IMG/VR virus record: IMGVR_UViG_3300017727_000008
Location: 1-61,312 of that record
DNA: 61,312 nucleotides
Direction: 5' to 3' (one strand)
DNA from: a virus
Taxonomy: Duplodnaviria; Caudoviricetes
Part shown: positions 1-8,989 of the stretch, piece by piece
Layout of the letters: every line of letters starts with the position of its first letter
How positions within the stretch are numbered: position 1 is the stretch's first letter
Made by a program: the position numbers and the translations under genes
Notes under the pieces: model-generated
Databases searched by the model: none
Told to the model about the DNA's origin: nothing
What the model saw: the letters and a program-made list of their open reading frames with translations, nothing else

Positions 1-588
1 AACATATTCAACAGATTAGAACTACAGGCATTCCGTGCTGGTGTAACACCCCGTACCGAAGAATCGCGTGAATGGTTCAGAAAGAAAGCATCCAACATGC
101 GTTCCATCAACCGACAAGAGTTGATGAAAGAGGAACCACTAAAGACCAGAGCCCAACGAGGTGTTATTGGTACGATGCAGATGTTCTTCTATGATCCCAA
201 AGGCAAAGACACACTACCATACTATGATACATTTCCGTTGGTGGTAGTTGTGGGCCCCGCAGAGGGTGGGTTCTATGGTCTCAACCTACACTATCTACCA
301 CCCTTGTTACGAGCAAAGATGTTGGATTCGTTGATGGAGGTTGCGTCTAGCAAGACCAGTGATGATGCGAAGTTCAACATCACATACAAACGACTACAGA
401 GTATCTCCAAGTTACGATACTACAAACCATGCTTCAAGCACTACTTGACCAAGCATGTACAGAGTAAGTTTGCAGAAGTACCCGCGCCTGAGTGGGAGAT
501 TGCTACATTCCTACCAACCGCAAGTTGGAGAAAGTCCAACTCTCAGAAGGTGTTCTACGATTCAAGACAGATGATAGGTAAAGACTAA
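1..588 (+). CDS. gp2: DNA end protector protein (T4 gp2-like), 5' truncated by window
   Basis: Frame is open from base 1 (NIFNRLELQAFRAGVTPRTEESREWF...). Motifs FFYDPKGKDTLPYYDTFPLV, GLNLHYLPP and PCFKHYL are typical of gp2. Confidence 0.85.
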   Translation, partial: NIFNRLELQAFRAGVTPRTEESREWFRKKASNMRSINRQELMKEEPLKTRAQRGVIGTMQMFFYDPKGKDTLPYYDTFPLVVVVGPAEGGFYGLNLHYLPPLLRAKMLDSLMEVASSKTSDDAKFNITYKRLQSISKLRYYKPCFKHYLTKHVQSKFAEVPAPEWEIATFLPTASWRKSNSQKVFYDSRQMIGKD

Positions 589-1289
589 TGGCATTTCGTA
601 TTGATGATTTCAAGTCCCAAGTGGGTGCGGGTGGTGGGTTCGCCATGGGAAATCTGTACAAGATTTTCCTGCCACCTATCAACGGTGATGCAAGAGAGAT
701 GAACCTATTGTGCAAGGCAGCATCATTGCCTGGCCGTCAGATCTTATCCACCGAGAACCAGATTGGTCTAACGACCACTAAACAGGCATACGGATATGCG
801 GTAGGTGATATCAGCCTGACCTTTATCTGTATGAATGACATGAAGGTACGAACCTACTTTGAACAGTGGCAGAACCTCGCAGTAAACCAAGAGACATTAG
901 AAGTTGGATACTACAATGACTATACCCATCCGGTCATTATTCAACACATCAAGAAAGGTACATCGTTTCCTCTTTATAAGAAAGAGATATTTGATTCGGG
1001 TAAGATCCCATCATCTATCAGGGGACGATTACCAAGACTAGGGCCATTAGATCTTGCACAGGGTGAGATTGATTTGAATGCAGTATTTGGTGATGATATC
1101 ACCTATACTTTAGTCCTAGATAAAGCATACCCAACTACACTAAACGAAATACCGTTGGGTGACGATGGGCAGTTGATGGAAGTAACCGTACAATTGTCTT
1201 ACAAGAATTGGTCAAGTAAAAGTGGTGACGCTGGTGGCGGTGGTTTCATTGAAGGAATTGCAGGCGAATTGATCAGGAAGTTTTTATAA
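588..1289 (+). CDS. tail tube / baseplate-tail tube initiator (gp19/gp54 family)
   Basis: LLCKAASLPG, FEQWQ, AYPT and EVTVQLSY motifs of the gp19 fold; lies between gp2 and gp26. Confidence 0.7.
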   Translation: MAFRIDDFKSQVGAGGGFAMGNLYKIFLPPINGDAREMNLLCKAASLPGRQILSTENQIGLTTTKQAYGYAVGDISLTFICMNDMKVRTYFEQWQNLAVNQETLEVGYYNDYTHPVIIQHIKKGTSFPLYKKEIFDSGKIPSSIRGRLPRLGPLDLAQGEIDLNAVFGDDITYTLVLDKAYPTTLNEIPLGDDGQLMEVTVQLSYKNWSSKSGDAGGGGFIEGIAGELIRKFL

Positions 1290-1304
1290 TATTTGGAGCA
1301 TATT

Positions 1305-2015
1305 ATGGCATTACCTAAGTTAAATGATACCTTGAAGTATGAGATGACGATTCCGTCATCGGACAGGCAGATTACATACAGACCCTACTTGGTCAAGGAA
1401 GAGAAGATTCTACTCTCTGCGTTTGAGTCTCAGGATGAGAAACAGGCAATGAGAGCAATGATGGACACGGTAGTCGCATGTGTCTACGAGGATATTGTAT
1501 CCTCTGAACTAGCCACATTTGATGTGGAGTATATGTTCACCCAGATTCGTAGTAAGTCTGTGGGTGAGTCATCTAACCTGACGGTGAGGTGTCAACAAGA
1601 AGAGTGTGACGGCACGACTGAAGTGAGTGTCGATCTATCAACGGTAGAGGTATTCAAGACTGATGTTGATAATGTAATTCAACTCACTGATGATATCTCT
1701 ATTGAGATGCGATACCCGACATACGACTCGTTTGTGAGACATTATAAGGATGGTATGACGGAGGCAGACTTTGGGTTTGCTATGTTAGAGGATTGTGTTG
1801 TATCCATAATGACAGAGGATGAACAGTTCCTCGCGAGTGATGTAAGCAGAAAGGAGTTGAGTGGGTTTATCGACTCAATGACGAATAAACAGTTTGAACA
1901 GGTAGGTGAATTCTTGAAGACTGTACCTGCCATGAAAAAGGATATAGAGTTCACGTGTTCCAAGTGTGGAGAAGATAGCACGATTACTCTGGAGGGTATC
2001 CAAGATTTTTTTTAG
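1305..2015 (+). CDS. gp26: baseplate hub assembly protein gp26-like
   Basis: MALPKL...YRPYLVKEEKILL, IRSKSVGE, Cys-pair Zn motifs, ends LEGIQDFF. ATG at 1305 follows a GGAG RBS. Confidence 0.85.
   Translation: MALPKLNDTLKYEMTIPSSDRQITYRPYLVKEEKILLSAFESQDEKQAMRAMMDTVVACVYEDIVSSELATFDVEYMFTQIRSKSVGESSNLTVRCQQEECDGTTEVSVDLSTVEVFKTDVDNVIQLTDDISIEMRYPTYDSFVRHYKDGMTEADFGFAMLEDCVVSIMTEDEQFLASDVSRKELSGFIDSMTNKQFEQVGEFLKTVPAMKKDIEFTCSKCGEDSTITLEGIQDFF
1991..2015 (+). promoter_or_regulatory. putative programmed -1 ribosomal frameshift signal (internal SD plus T-TTT-TTT slippery site)
   Basis: GGAGG at 1991-1995 and a T8 run at 2006-2013 running into the gp26 stop; the -1 frame continues into gp51. 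Confidence 0.6.
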
Positions 2016-2200
2016 TGTGCCTCTCACACGATACTTTGGTCAATCATTTTAAGACCAACTTCGCGTTGATGCAGCACTTTCAGTATTCACTACAAGACAT
2101 CGAACATATGATGCCTTGGGAGAGAGAGGTCTATCTCGTGTTACTTGAGGAACACTTGAAAGAACGAGAAGAACAGATGAAAGAACAACAAAGGCGTTGA
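2015..2200 (+). CDS. gp51: baseplate hub assembly catalyst gp51-like (possibly made as a -1 frameshift extension of gp26)
   Basis: NFALMQHFQYSL..IE.MMPWEREVY motif; weak GTG start with no well-spaced RBS. Confidence 0.8.
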   Translation: MCLSHDTLVNHFKTNFALMQHFQYSLQDIEHMMPWEREVYLVLLEEHLKEREEQMKEQQRR

Positions 2201-2206
2201 TAACAA

Positions 2207-3976
2207 ATGGCAACACTTGATAAGGTAACAGGAGAACTGCGTCTAAATAACGCTGCGTCTGAACAACGAGACAAAGAACAGTTAGGGCAACTTGTCACTC
2301 TCAACAAACAGTTTGAGAAGTACTTCAAGTCTATGTCTGCTAGTAAGGGTGACGATCTAGAGAAAGAGCGAGAGAAGAAGGAAGAGAAGGCTCCTGCTGG
2401 TCGTGGTGATCTCGTTGCGGGTGGCGCTGCCGTTAAAGGGTCTAGTCTGGGTGTTATTGGAGCAGCACTTGTTGCGGCTGGTGCCGCAGTAGTCGGTGCT
2501 GTTGCTGGTATTTTCCGTGGTTTCGTTGATAGTCTGGATCTCTTTACCAAAGGGTTCTTCAGTAAACAAATCAAACGTATTACAGATGGTATCACAGATT
2601 TTTTCAAGCGTTTCGGTGGTGGTGTAAAAACTGAAGTATCATTTCTCGATAAGGGTCTTGAAGGGTTCAGGAGAGGCGTATTCAACTTCGTAAATGCATT
2701 CAAAAAGGTGGGGACTACAGTTGGGGCTGTTGGAAAAGAGGTTACTATAGTAGCAAGTGACTTCAAAAGTTTCCCTGCTAGACTGGGTGCTGCGTTTGCC
2801 GTATTCCGTCCAGCCTTCAATAACCTACAACTATTGTTTAACGATATCAAGGGTGTGTTCTCCAAGATAGGTACGGTTGCAGATACAGCAAAGGATGCTG
2901 GTGGGTTTATTTCTAAGATCGCAGAAGTAGCCAAACCTTTCTTTAGTGTATTTCAACGACTAGGTAGGTTCCTTGGCGGGCCTATCACCGCATTCATCTT
3001 TGGTGTCATCGATGCATTCAGTGGTGCTATGACAGGATTCGAGGAAACCGAAGGTAGTCTGGGAGAGAAGATCTTTGGTGGTATCATGGGTGCGATAGCT
3101 GGATTCGTCTCAGGATTCATCGGTGGTATCCTTGACCTTGGTAAGATGCTTGTTGGTTTCGTTGCAGGTCTGTTCGGGTTTGAGGATTTCAAAGAAAAAC
3201 TTGCTTCCATCTCTATCACTGATTTTATCTTTGATTCCCTAATGAAGTTAAAGGATATGGTATTAGACTTCGTTAGAAGTCCCTTGGATAGTGTGAAGAG
3301 TATCTTTGGTTTCGGTGATGACGAAGAAGACGCTCCTCCTGAAGTGAAAGAAGGTAACAAAGGTCTACAACGTGCGTTACGAAAACAAGAACAAGCACGA
3401 CGATCCGCTAGTGGTCAAGGGCCGCAGGTAACTGTCACGGAACCACCACCTCAAACAGTCCTAAAGACACAAGAAGCAACTGCGCCTGGGCTCAAGACCA
3501 AACCCATGAATGATGCGACAAAGGAGTTCACTGCCTATGCCGATTCAGAAGAAGGTAAAGCAGAGTTTGCTAGGAATGCTGCGGAACGTGAGGCAAAAAA
3601 GGCAGCGATGCTTGCAAGGGCAGAGGCAGCAAAAGAAAGACGAGCAGCGAGACTCGCGAATCCAGAGGTAAGGGCATCAGAAATTGAAAGACGTAGGTCT
3701 CAGTTAGCAAGAAACGAGGGACGTTTCGCTGGCATGTCTGCCGAAGAACGAAATACGAATGCTGGTGCTATAACGGAGAGACGTATTAGCGAACTACAGG
3801 ATCAGATCAAGTTCCTTGAGTCACAAGGTGCTGGTGGTGGTGCTACGGTCATTGCTCCACAGACTACTACCAATAACAACCAGAGTAGTTCTGCGATGTA
3901 TGGTGACCCATCACCCGCGACAGATGACCTTGATAGAGCCGCTGATAATTTCCACAATGTCAGTTGGGTAAACTAG
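2207..3976 (+). CDS. tail tape measure / baseplate hub protein (gp29-like)
   Basis: 589 aa, Gly/Ala/Phe-rich amphipathic helical repeats, N-terminal coiled coil, directly after gp26/gp51. Confidence 0.65.
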   Translation: MATLDKVTGELRLNNAASEQRDKEQLGQLVTLNKQFEKYFKSMSASKGDDLEKEREKKEEKAPAGRGDLVAGGAAVKGSSLGVIGAALVAAGAAVVGAVAGIFRGFVDSLDLFTKGFFSKQIKRITDGITDFFKRFGGGVKTEVSFLDKGLEGFRRGVFNFVNAFKKVGTTVGAVGKEVTIVASDFKSFPARLGAAFAVFRPAFNNLQLLFNDIKGVFSKIGTVADTAKDAGGFISKIAEVAKPFFSVFQRLGRFLGGPITAFIFGVIDAFSGAMTGFEETEGSLGEKIFGGIMGAIAGFVSGFIGGILDLGKMLVGFVAGLFGFEDFKEKLASISITDFIFDSLMKLKDMVLDFVRSPLDSVKSIFGFGDDEEDAPPEVKEGNKGLQRALRKQEQARRSASGQGPQVTVTEPPPQTVLKTQEATAPGLKTKPMNDATKEFTAYADSEEGKAEFARNAAEREAKKAAMLARAEAAKERRAARLANPEVRASEIERRRSQLARNEGRFAGMSAEERNTNAGAITERRISELQDQIKFLESQGAGGGATVIAPQTTTNNNQSSSAMYGDPSPATDDLDRAADNFHNVSWVN

Positions 3977-3979
3977 CAT

Positions 3980-4005
3980 AAAAAAAGGGGCACCGAAGTG
4001 CCCCT
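3980..4005 (-). terminator. Rho-independent terminator with UUCG tetraloop
   Basis: Minus strand reads AGGGGCAC-TTCG-GTGCCCCT-TTTTTT, downstream of gp32 at the convergent junction. Confidence 0.85.
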
Positions 4006-4021
4006 CAAAGGATAGAAGAGT

Positions 4022-4945
4022 TTAGTCTTCTGCTGCAAGTTTAGCAAAGTAACTTAGAGTATCATCCTCGTCTGCTGCTGCCGTGATATTCGGTTCAGGA
4101 GCAGAGGCGATAACCTGTGGTTCTTGTTCACGTGCAGATACTACTTCCGCAGTCTCGGTCAGTGAGTCATTCTTGATGGTTGCACCAGCACCCGTTGATT
4201 GACCCAGTACAACTTCCAAACGACCTTTCAGTTCGTCATAGGCCTTGTACGAAGACGGAGCAGTAAACTCTGACATGTCGTGCAACTGATTATAAGTTGC
4301 TTCGAGTCGCGTCTCATCTGCTTCCAGTAACGGTGCAGGAGCCTTGAACTCAGACTTATCATAGTTACGATATCCCGCAACATTACGAATCTTCAGTTGG
4401 AAGTCAGCACCAGTCCAGAAGTCAAACGGATTGATCGGTTCTTCGCCTGGAAATTCTGGTTGCATCTTATCCATGATCTTATCAAAGATCTTCTTGCCGA
4501 AGTCGTACATGAATACTTTACCTTCGTTGGCAGGATTGGCAGGATCGTTCATAACCATGATGTTCGCAACATAGTGAAGTCTACGCTTCTGTTTACGTGC
4601 GATTTCTTTGTCCTCTTCAATACCAGAGTTCCATAGTCGTGAGTTGTATTCACTCACTGGGTCATTGTTACCCAGAGTCGTGAGAGACTTCTCAACATAC
4701 CATTGACCCGTAGGCCCTTTGAAGAAGTGATCGAAGTAACGTACCCAAGGGAGTTCTTGACCTTCTGCCGCAGGGAGGAAACGAACAACGGCATAACCGT
4801 TACCTGATTCATCTACCGTAGGTTTCCAGAAGCGCAAGTCTTCGTACTTGTTGTTACCTTGCTTGGCACCGCCTCCCATCGCCTGTGCGGCTGCTGCCAA
4901 CTGGGTGATGTCGGTACGGTTATTTTTTAGATTTGCAAAAGACAT
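4022..4945 (-). CDS. gp32: single-stranded DNA-binding protein
   Basis: FWKPTVDESGNGYAVVRFLPA, GKKIFDKI, GYRNYDKSEF and acidic tail DDTLSYFAKLAAED. Confidence 0.95.
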   Translation of the reverse strand: MSFANLKNNRTDITQLAAAAQAMGGGAKQGNNKYEDLRFWKPTVDESGNGYAVVRFLPAAEGQELPWVRYFDHFFKGPTGQWYVEKSLTTLGNNDPVSEYNSRLWNSGIEEDKEIARKQKRRLHYVANIMVMNDPANPANEGKVFMYDFGKKIFDKIMDKMQPEFPGEEPINPFDFWTGADFQLKIRNVAGYRNYDKSEFKAPAPLLEADETRLEATYNQLHDMSEFTAPSSYKAYDELKGRLEVVLGQSTGAGATIKNDSLTETAEVVSAREQEPQVIASAPEPNITAAADEDDTLSYFAKLAAED

Positions 4946-4978
4946 ATTTTTGTATTTTCCTTGTATGATTGTGTGTCC

Positions 4979-5007
4979 ACTATACCATAATGTAATCGTT
5001 TTGTCAA
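4979..5007 (-). promoter_or_regulatory. sigma70-type promoter for gp32
   Basis: TTGACA-17 bp-TATAGT with extended TG. Confidence 0.7.
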
Positions 5008-5010
5008 CCT

Positions 5011-5280
5011 TTATTTTAAGGGTAAGGCCTCACCCTTTTCGAGAAAGTTAAGGTTCATTGCTTCAACCTCAATCTTCTCTTTGATAGATGTCGCGATATA
5101 TTTCTTGACATCCTCAATCTCTAGGTTATTCTCTTCACAGAGATAAACCACTGCGTCCATATAGGACATTGATTTTTGTCTGACCGCATCTTCGGTCATC
5201 TTGGTGAACTTCTTCTTGTTCATGAAGTTGGACTCTTCCGAAGAAGAATCCACTCCACCCATTTGGAAATCAACTTTCAT
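5011..5280 (-). CDS. gp33: late transcription co-activator gp33
   Basis: SYMDAVVYLCEENNLEIEDV...KEKIEVEAMNLNFL; adjacent to gp32. Confidence 0.85.
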   Translation of the reverse strand: MKVDFQMGGVDSSSEESNFMNKKKFTKMTEDAVRQKSMSYMDAVVYLCEENNLEIEDVKKYIATSIKEKIEVEAMNLNFLEKGEALPLK

Positions 5281-5904
5281 CTATTCCTCCTCATCACTAT
5301 TTATAATAGTAGAAGAACTGTGAAATTGCTTGGCATATTCCTTATCATTGTCAAACTCTTCCATCAGTTCGGGTGTCCAAGTCTGTCGGATATCGGGATA
5401 CCACCATCCCATTGTACGCTTGGGTGTACCGTCAGCATGGTAGGCCATTGCCTCAACCTTGTACTGTATACGACCTTCGCGTTGTTCACCATACCGATAA
5501 TCTAACCAGACACCATTCGCAAGGTACTTCTTTAGATTATCGACATAGTTCTCCAGAGCAATGTATTCTGATCTCTCCTTAGAGGCCTTCGAGTTCTTAT
5601 AACTACGCATTGCCTTCAGTTCGTCTTGATTAGACTTCAACCATTGCTTGACCTTCTTCCAATGCAAAAAGTGATCTTCTGGTAGATCTCGTATGTCTTC
5701 ACAGACAGACTTACTACCATCGGCACCACGTGCTTCCCGTGCCTTTGCGAGACGCTCTACCGCTGCCTTCTTCTGCTCCGCAGTCATAGGTTTGCGTTTA
5801 CGTTTCACTTTGCCACGTTCAAATCCAAGTTCTTCTAGGGCACGTTTGTTCTTCGCTTCCCTAGTCTTCCTTGCTTTCTGTGCTGCTGTAAGTTTTTTTG
5901 CCAT
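5281..5904 (-). CDS. hypothetical protein (basic N-terminus)
   Basis: 207-aa ORF in the operon; RKPMTAEQKKAAVERLAKAR motif seen in T4-like marine phage proteins. Confidence 0.6.
   Translation of the reverse strand: MAKKLTAAQKARKTREAKNKRALEELGFERGKVKRKRKPMTAEQKKAAVERLAKAREARGADGSKSVCEDIRDLPEDHFLHWKKVKQWLKSNQDELKAMRSYKNSKASKERSEYIALENYVDNLKKYLANGVWLDYRYGEQREGRIQYKVEAMAYHADGTPKRTMGWWYPDIRQTWTPELMEEFDNDKEYAKQFHSSSTIINSDEEE
5298..5305 (-). promoter_or_regulatory. T4-type late promoter TATAAATA upstream of gp33
   Basis: Exact consensus 18 bp before the start codon. Confidence 0.55.
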
Positions 5905-5916
5905 AAGGTATATAGT

Positions 5917-6222
5917 CTATGCGCCAGTTATGAGGTCATGAGTTGATGGGTACGGACTCTCCATGTTGAATGACAACAAAGAGTCTACACGAAACGAACG
6001 CCAGTCAGCCAAGTCCAAGTCAAACACACGCACCGCAAGTTGATTCTTCTCAGTGTTTGCATTCGCATCAGTCTTGGGCATCTTATCTGCTGGTATCAAA
6101 TCTGATACTAGAGTTGCCTTCATTTCACGTATAGCACCATCCTTCACTTTTGTGAATGATAAGTCTACCACACCTTGACGTAAGGTGTCAACGATTTCTT
6201 GATAATTCAAGTCTTTCTCCAT
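5917..6222 (-). CDS. SH3-fold/WYL-like (DUF2693-type) protein
   Basis: FTKVKDGAIREMKATL...VFDLDLADWRSFRVD; ATG at 6222 after a GGTGG RBS. Confidence 0.6.
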   Translation of the reverse strand: MEKDLNYQEIVDTLRQGVVDLSFTKVKDGAIREMKATLVSDLIPADKMPKTDANANTEKNQLAVRVFDLDLADWRSFRVDSLLSFNMESPYPSTHDLITGA

Positions 6223-6223
6223 A

Positions 6224-6778
6224 TTAAAAACCACCGACTGCTTGTTGGTACCAATCTGGCATTGCACGGTTTGTCCAATTAGCAAATCGCTTCTTCTCGT
6301 TAATGTAGTAGAAACGATATGCTTCTACAGGATCTTCACGCTTGCAATACTCAGGCATTGCTTGCGCGAATTCCGTCAACCCACCATCAGGTATGTTTTC
6401 AGGAATGTAGGAGAGTATACCAGATAACTTCCTTTCTGTCAAGTGTTTTTTTCCATATCGGTAGGTATACTCTTTGCAAAGTTCTTCCCACATCTGGTGT
6501 AGGTATAGATAGTTTGCAGATGTCTTGCGAGTCCATATTCCACTAGGGTGATTCACATGGGACGCTTTGTAGAGAGTGTTCTCTAGATTAGAGTTCGGAT
6601 GTTTCCAACGTTTGATCTTACGACCAATCGCAGTCTTATCATAGTACTCTTCACCATCAAGAACACGATGTGCCGTGCTCATGAGCTGGGCATATTCGAT
6701 GATCATCTTGACCACGTGTTTATCCAAGTGCATACGCGCAGCCTTCACTGGATTAACAGATAGGTGAAAGACATTCAT
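6224..6778 (-). CDS. pyrimidine dimer DNA glycosylase-like protein
   Basis: MNVFHL...DKHVVKMIIEYAQLMSTAH, HVNHP..W, EYTYRYGKKH, QAMP, AYRFYY. Confidence 0.7.
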   Translation of the reverse strand: MNVFHLSVNPVKAARMHLDKHVVKMIIEYAQLMSTAHRVLDGEEYYDKTAIGRKIKRWKHPNSNLENTLYKASHVNHPSGIWTRKTSANYLYLHQMWEELCKEYTYRYGKKHLTERKLSGILSYIPENIPDGGLTEFAQAMPEYCKREDPVEAYRFYYINEKKRFANWTNRAMPDWYQQAVGGF

Positions 6779-7047
6779 TACCCTTCACCCTGTGCTACAT
6801 AGTAACCCTCTGCACGAACTTTCATGTCACCAAAGTTAGGTTCATTAACCTGCTTGACAACATACAGTTGAGATCCGGTCATGAACTCGACGGCATCACG
6901 ATAGTCATCAAGTTCACGGATTGGGACAACACCCACGATGGGCATCTTCCAATCGTCCATGCCCTCAGTGAGAACATCAAACTTTTCACGCAGTAACTGG
7001 TACCGACTCTCTTCAACAAATGTCATAGGCATTACTTCTTTCTCCAT
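6778..7047 (-). CDS. hypothetical protein
   Basis: ORF tightly packed in the early operon. Confidence 0.55.
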   Translation of the reverse strand: MEKEVMPMTFVEESRYQLLREKFDVLTEGMDDWKMPIVGVVPIRELDDYRDAVEFMTGSQLYVVKQVNEPNFGDMKVRAEGYYVAQGEG

Positions 7048-7343
7048 TCACGTAACCATTTAGAACCATCGCGTTCAGCATCCGTAAAGACTGCATTAGT
7101 AAACGCTATCGGTATAACTACACCCAAGTGAATAAATATACTGGTTAAGGTACTGTAGTCTACCCAGCCTAGGTGATCACTTGCCACAAAACCGAAGTAT
7201 GCACTCCACATTGTAAACAATGCCAAGGTGAAATACATTTGTAGACTAGGATCTTTGACATATCTCAATGGATTATATCTCACATCCATTACAAGTCTCC
7301 AACTATCGACCACAAATATGATCGCTCTTTTTAGGTGTTTCAT
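7032..7343 (-). CDS. hypothetical membrane protein
   Basis: Two hydrophobic segments; overlaps its neighbours. Confidence 0.55.
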   Translation of the reverse strand: MKHLKRAIIFVVDSWRLVMDVRYNPLRYVKDPSLQMYFTLALFTMWSAYFGFVASDHLGWVDYSTLTSIFIHLGVVIPIAFTNAVFTDAERDGSKWLREWRKK

Positions 7344-7540
7344 ACACGCTCCTCAGTATTATAAACGGTTTTTGTACCATCATTAGTAACAACAACTACT
7401 GTTGCTTCAGTGATTTCGGGAAACTGTGCGCTGAATACAGCGGAGTTGGCGTATGAAACCGCCGACTCGTAAGAAGTGATTGGGGCATAGAGACCCGCAA
7501 AGACCTCACCAGTTTGTGACTTAACAATGTATTTTTCCAT
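7340..7540 (-). CDS. hypothetical protein
   Basis: GGAG RBS; operon packing. Confidence 0.55.
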   Translation of the reverse strand: MEKYIVKSQTGEVFAGLYAPITSYESAVSYANSAVFSAQFPEITEATVVVVTNDGTKTVYNTEERV

Positions 7541-7541
7541 A

Positions 7542-7733
7542 CTATACTCCGTAAAAGGCTCGTTCTAGTTTCTCGGTAGCGATGTCAATCAACTCGACTC
7601 GCTTCTGGGCAGTAGGAGTCATATCCTGTGCCATCACGTTTGCAGTTCGCATCGCTGCCATTCGCAAGACATGAAGTTCTTTCTTGGTCAAGACAACAGT
7701 GATTTCTTCAGCAGCTTCACATTCGTGGTACAT
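7542..7733 (-). CDS. hypothetical early protein
   Basis: First gene behind promoter cassette 7741-7794. Confidence 0.6.
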   Translation of the reverse strand: MYHECEAAEEITVVLTKKELHVLRMAAMRTANVMAQDMTPTAQKRVELIDIATEKLERAFYGV

Positions 7734-7740
7734 TCTTCAG

Positions 7741-7794
7741 TTCCTTTCTCATTCTCAATACAAGTATTATAAGCGATGCAGCAACTTTTGTCAA
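7741..7794 (-). promoter_or_regulatory. early promoter/RBS cassette, copy 1
   Basis: TTGACA-17-TATAAT-ACTTGTATTGAGAATGAGAAAGGAA. Confidence 0.85.
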
Positions 7795-7807
7795 CACTTT
7801 TTTTCAA

Positions 7808-8083
7808 TTAACGCCCACTTTTTTGATATTCATCAATCAGTGCTTGTCCTGTCAACTTGGTTCCCATGATGACCACTTCACCAGACTCGTTCAGAGTTCG
7901 TTGGATGTGACCATCGTTGTACTGGACATCTGTCACGGTCTTACCATCAGAGGTGTCCTCTGGACGATCATCGTACCACATGGACGATAATCCGTGAACA
8001 TGGACATTGTTCACACCCTTAGCCCACTTCTCTGCTGCGATACGAGTACGCTGCTCTTCAACTGATTGACGATACTGTGTCAT
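7808..8083 (-). CDS. hypothetical protein
   Basis: GGAG RBS; ATGA overlap with the upstream gene. Confidence 0.55.
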   Translation of the reverse strand: MTQYRQSVEEQRTRIAAEKWAKGVNNVHVHGLSSMWYDDRPEDTSDGKTVTDVQYNDGHIQRTLNESGEVVIMGTKLTGQALIDEYQKSGR

Positions 8084-8613
8084 GCGGTCTCCCTCTTTTT
8101 TGCATAGAATTCTTCGATGAGTTCGAGAACCTCGTTCTCTTTGGCAATACGCTCCTCACCATCGACACGGACTACATAGTCCTTTGTGTAGGTGCCGAAT
8201 TCCTTCTCGGCATCAGAGAACATGAGCCACGACTCAGTGTAACTACGAATGACAGGAACTAGGTTACGGTACTCGTCATTCACGGTAGTACGAGTTGCTC
8301 TCCAGCGCCCACGCTCAAGAGTGATAAAGATAGGAGCTTCCCAAGATTCACCGACCTTAGCGTCATCCTCGACAATATCCCAACTAATGACATACTCACG
8401 AGCAACATCATTGTTGTAAGACACGAGATCCTGAATCACAGGCATGAAGGTGCCGTGAGCAATCTCGTTGAGATCCCTAGAAGAGAGATTCTCCATGACA
8501 TAGGTGGTGCCACCCTTTGGTTTGAAGTAGGCATCGGGTTCCGTTGAAGGATACCCGTCTACATCAAACGAGTAGTTTTCCATGTATTGTGTGGTGATTA
8601 CTAACTTAGACAT
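8080..8613 (-). CDS. hypothetical protein
   Basis: 177-aa ORF, AAGGA RBS; KLVITTQYMENY...YFKPKGG. Confidence 0.6.
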   Translation of the reverse strand: MSKLVITTQYMENYSFDVDGYPSTEPDAYFKPKGGTTYVMENLSSRDLNEIAHGTFMPVIQDLVSYNNDVAREYVISWDIVEDDAKVGESWEAPIFITLERGRWRATRTTVNDEYRNLVPVIRSYTESWLMFSDAEKEFGTYTKDYVVRVDGEERIAKENEVLELIEEFYAKKRETA

Positions 8614-8622
8614 AACAGTTCC

Positions 8623-8910
8623 TTACTTACCTTTGTAACCGAGTTTTTCCATTGCGGGTCTAGGATAGATTTCCTCCGCAAGTTCCAAATATTCCTCAAC
8701 AGACACATTCTTCACAAGGAAGTTGACCCATGCTTTCCATGGCTTACGACCATACTTGAATCGAGCGATAAACTCAGGTTTTGGTTTACCGACCCAAGAA
8801 GGATGACAGTCAGGTCTCGCGACTTCGTAGTTCACACTCTTGGTGTGACGCCCACGATACATAAGATACATACCGTCCCAAACAAACTCTTCTTTAACAA
8901 ATGGGGTCAT
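8623..8910 (-). CDS. hypothetical early protein
   Basis: True start is ATG 8910, behind promoter cassette copy 2. Confidence 0.6.
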   Translation of the reverse strand: MTPFVKEEFVWDGMYLMYRGRHTKSVNYEVARPDCHPSWVGKPKPEFIARFKYGRKPWKAWVNFLVKNVSVEEYLELAEEIYPRPAMEKLGYKGK

Positions 8911-8915
8911 CTCTT

Positions 8916-8969
8916 TTCCTTTCTCATTTTCAATACAAGTATTATAGGCGATATCACAGGGAAAGTCAA
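8916..8969 (-). promoter_or_regulatory. early promoter/RBS cassette, copy 2
   Basis: TTGACT-17-TATAAT-ACTTGTATTGAAAATGAGAAAGGAA. Confidence 0.85.
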
Positions 8970-8989
8970 ACACTTTCTTAGATCAATAT

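Noticed and set aside
2131-3360. Long minus-strand ORFs (267 aa and 135 aa) opposite the tape measure gene
   Set aside because: Antisense shadows caused by codon bias; no RBS or motifs.
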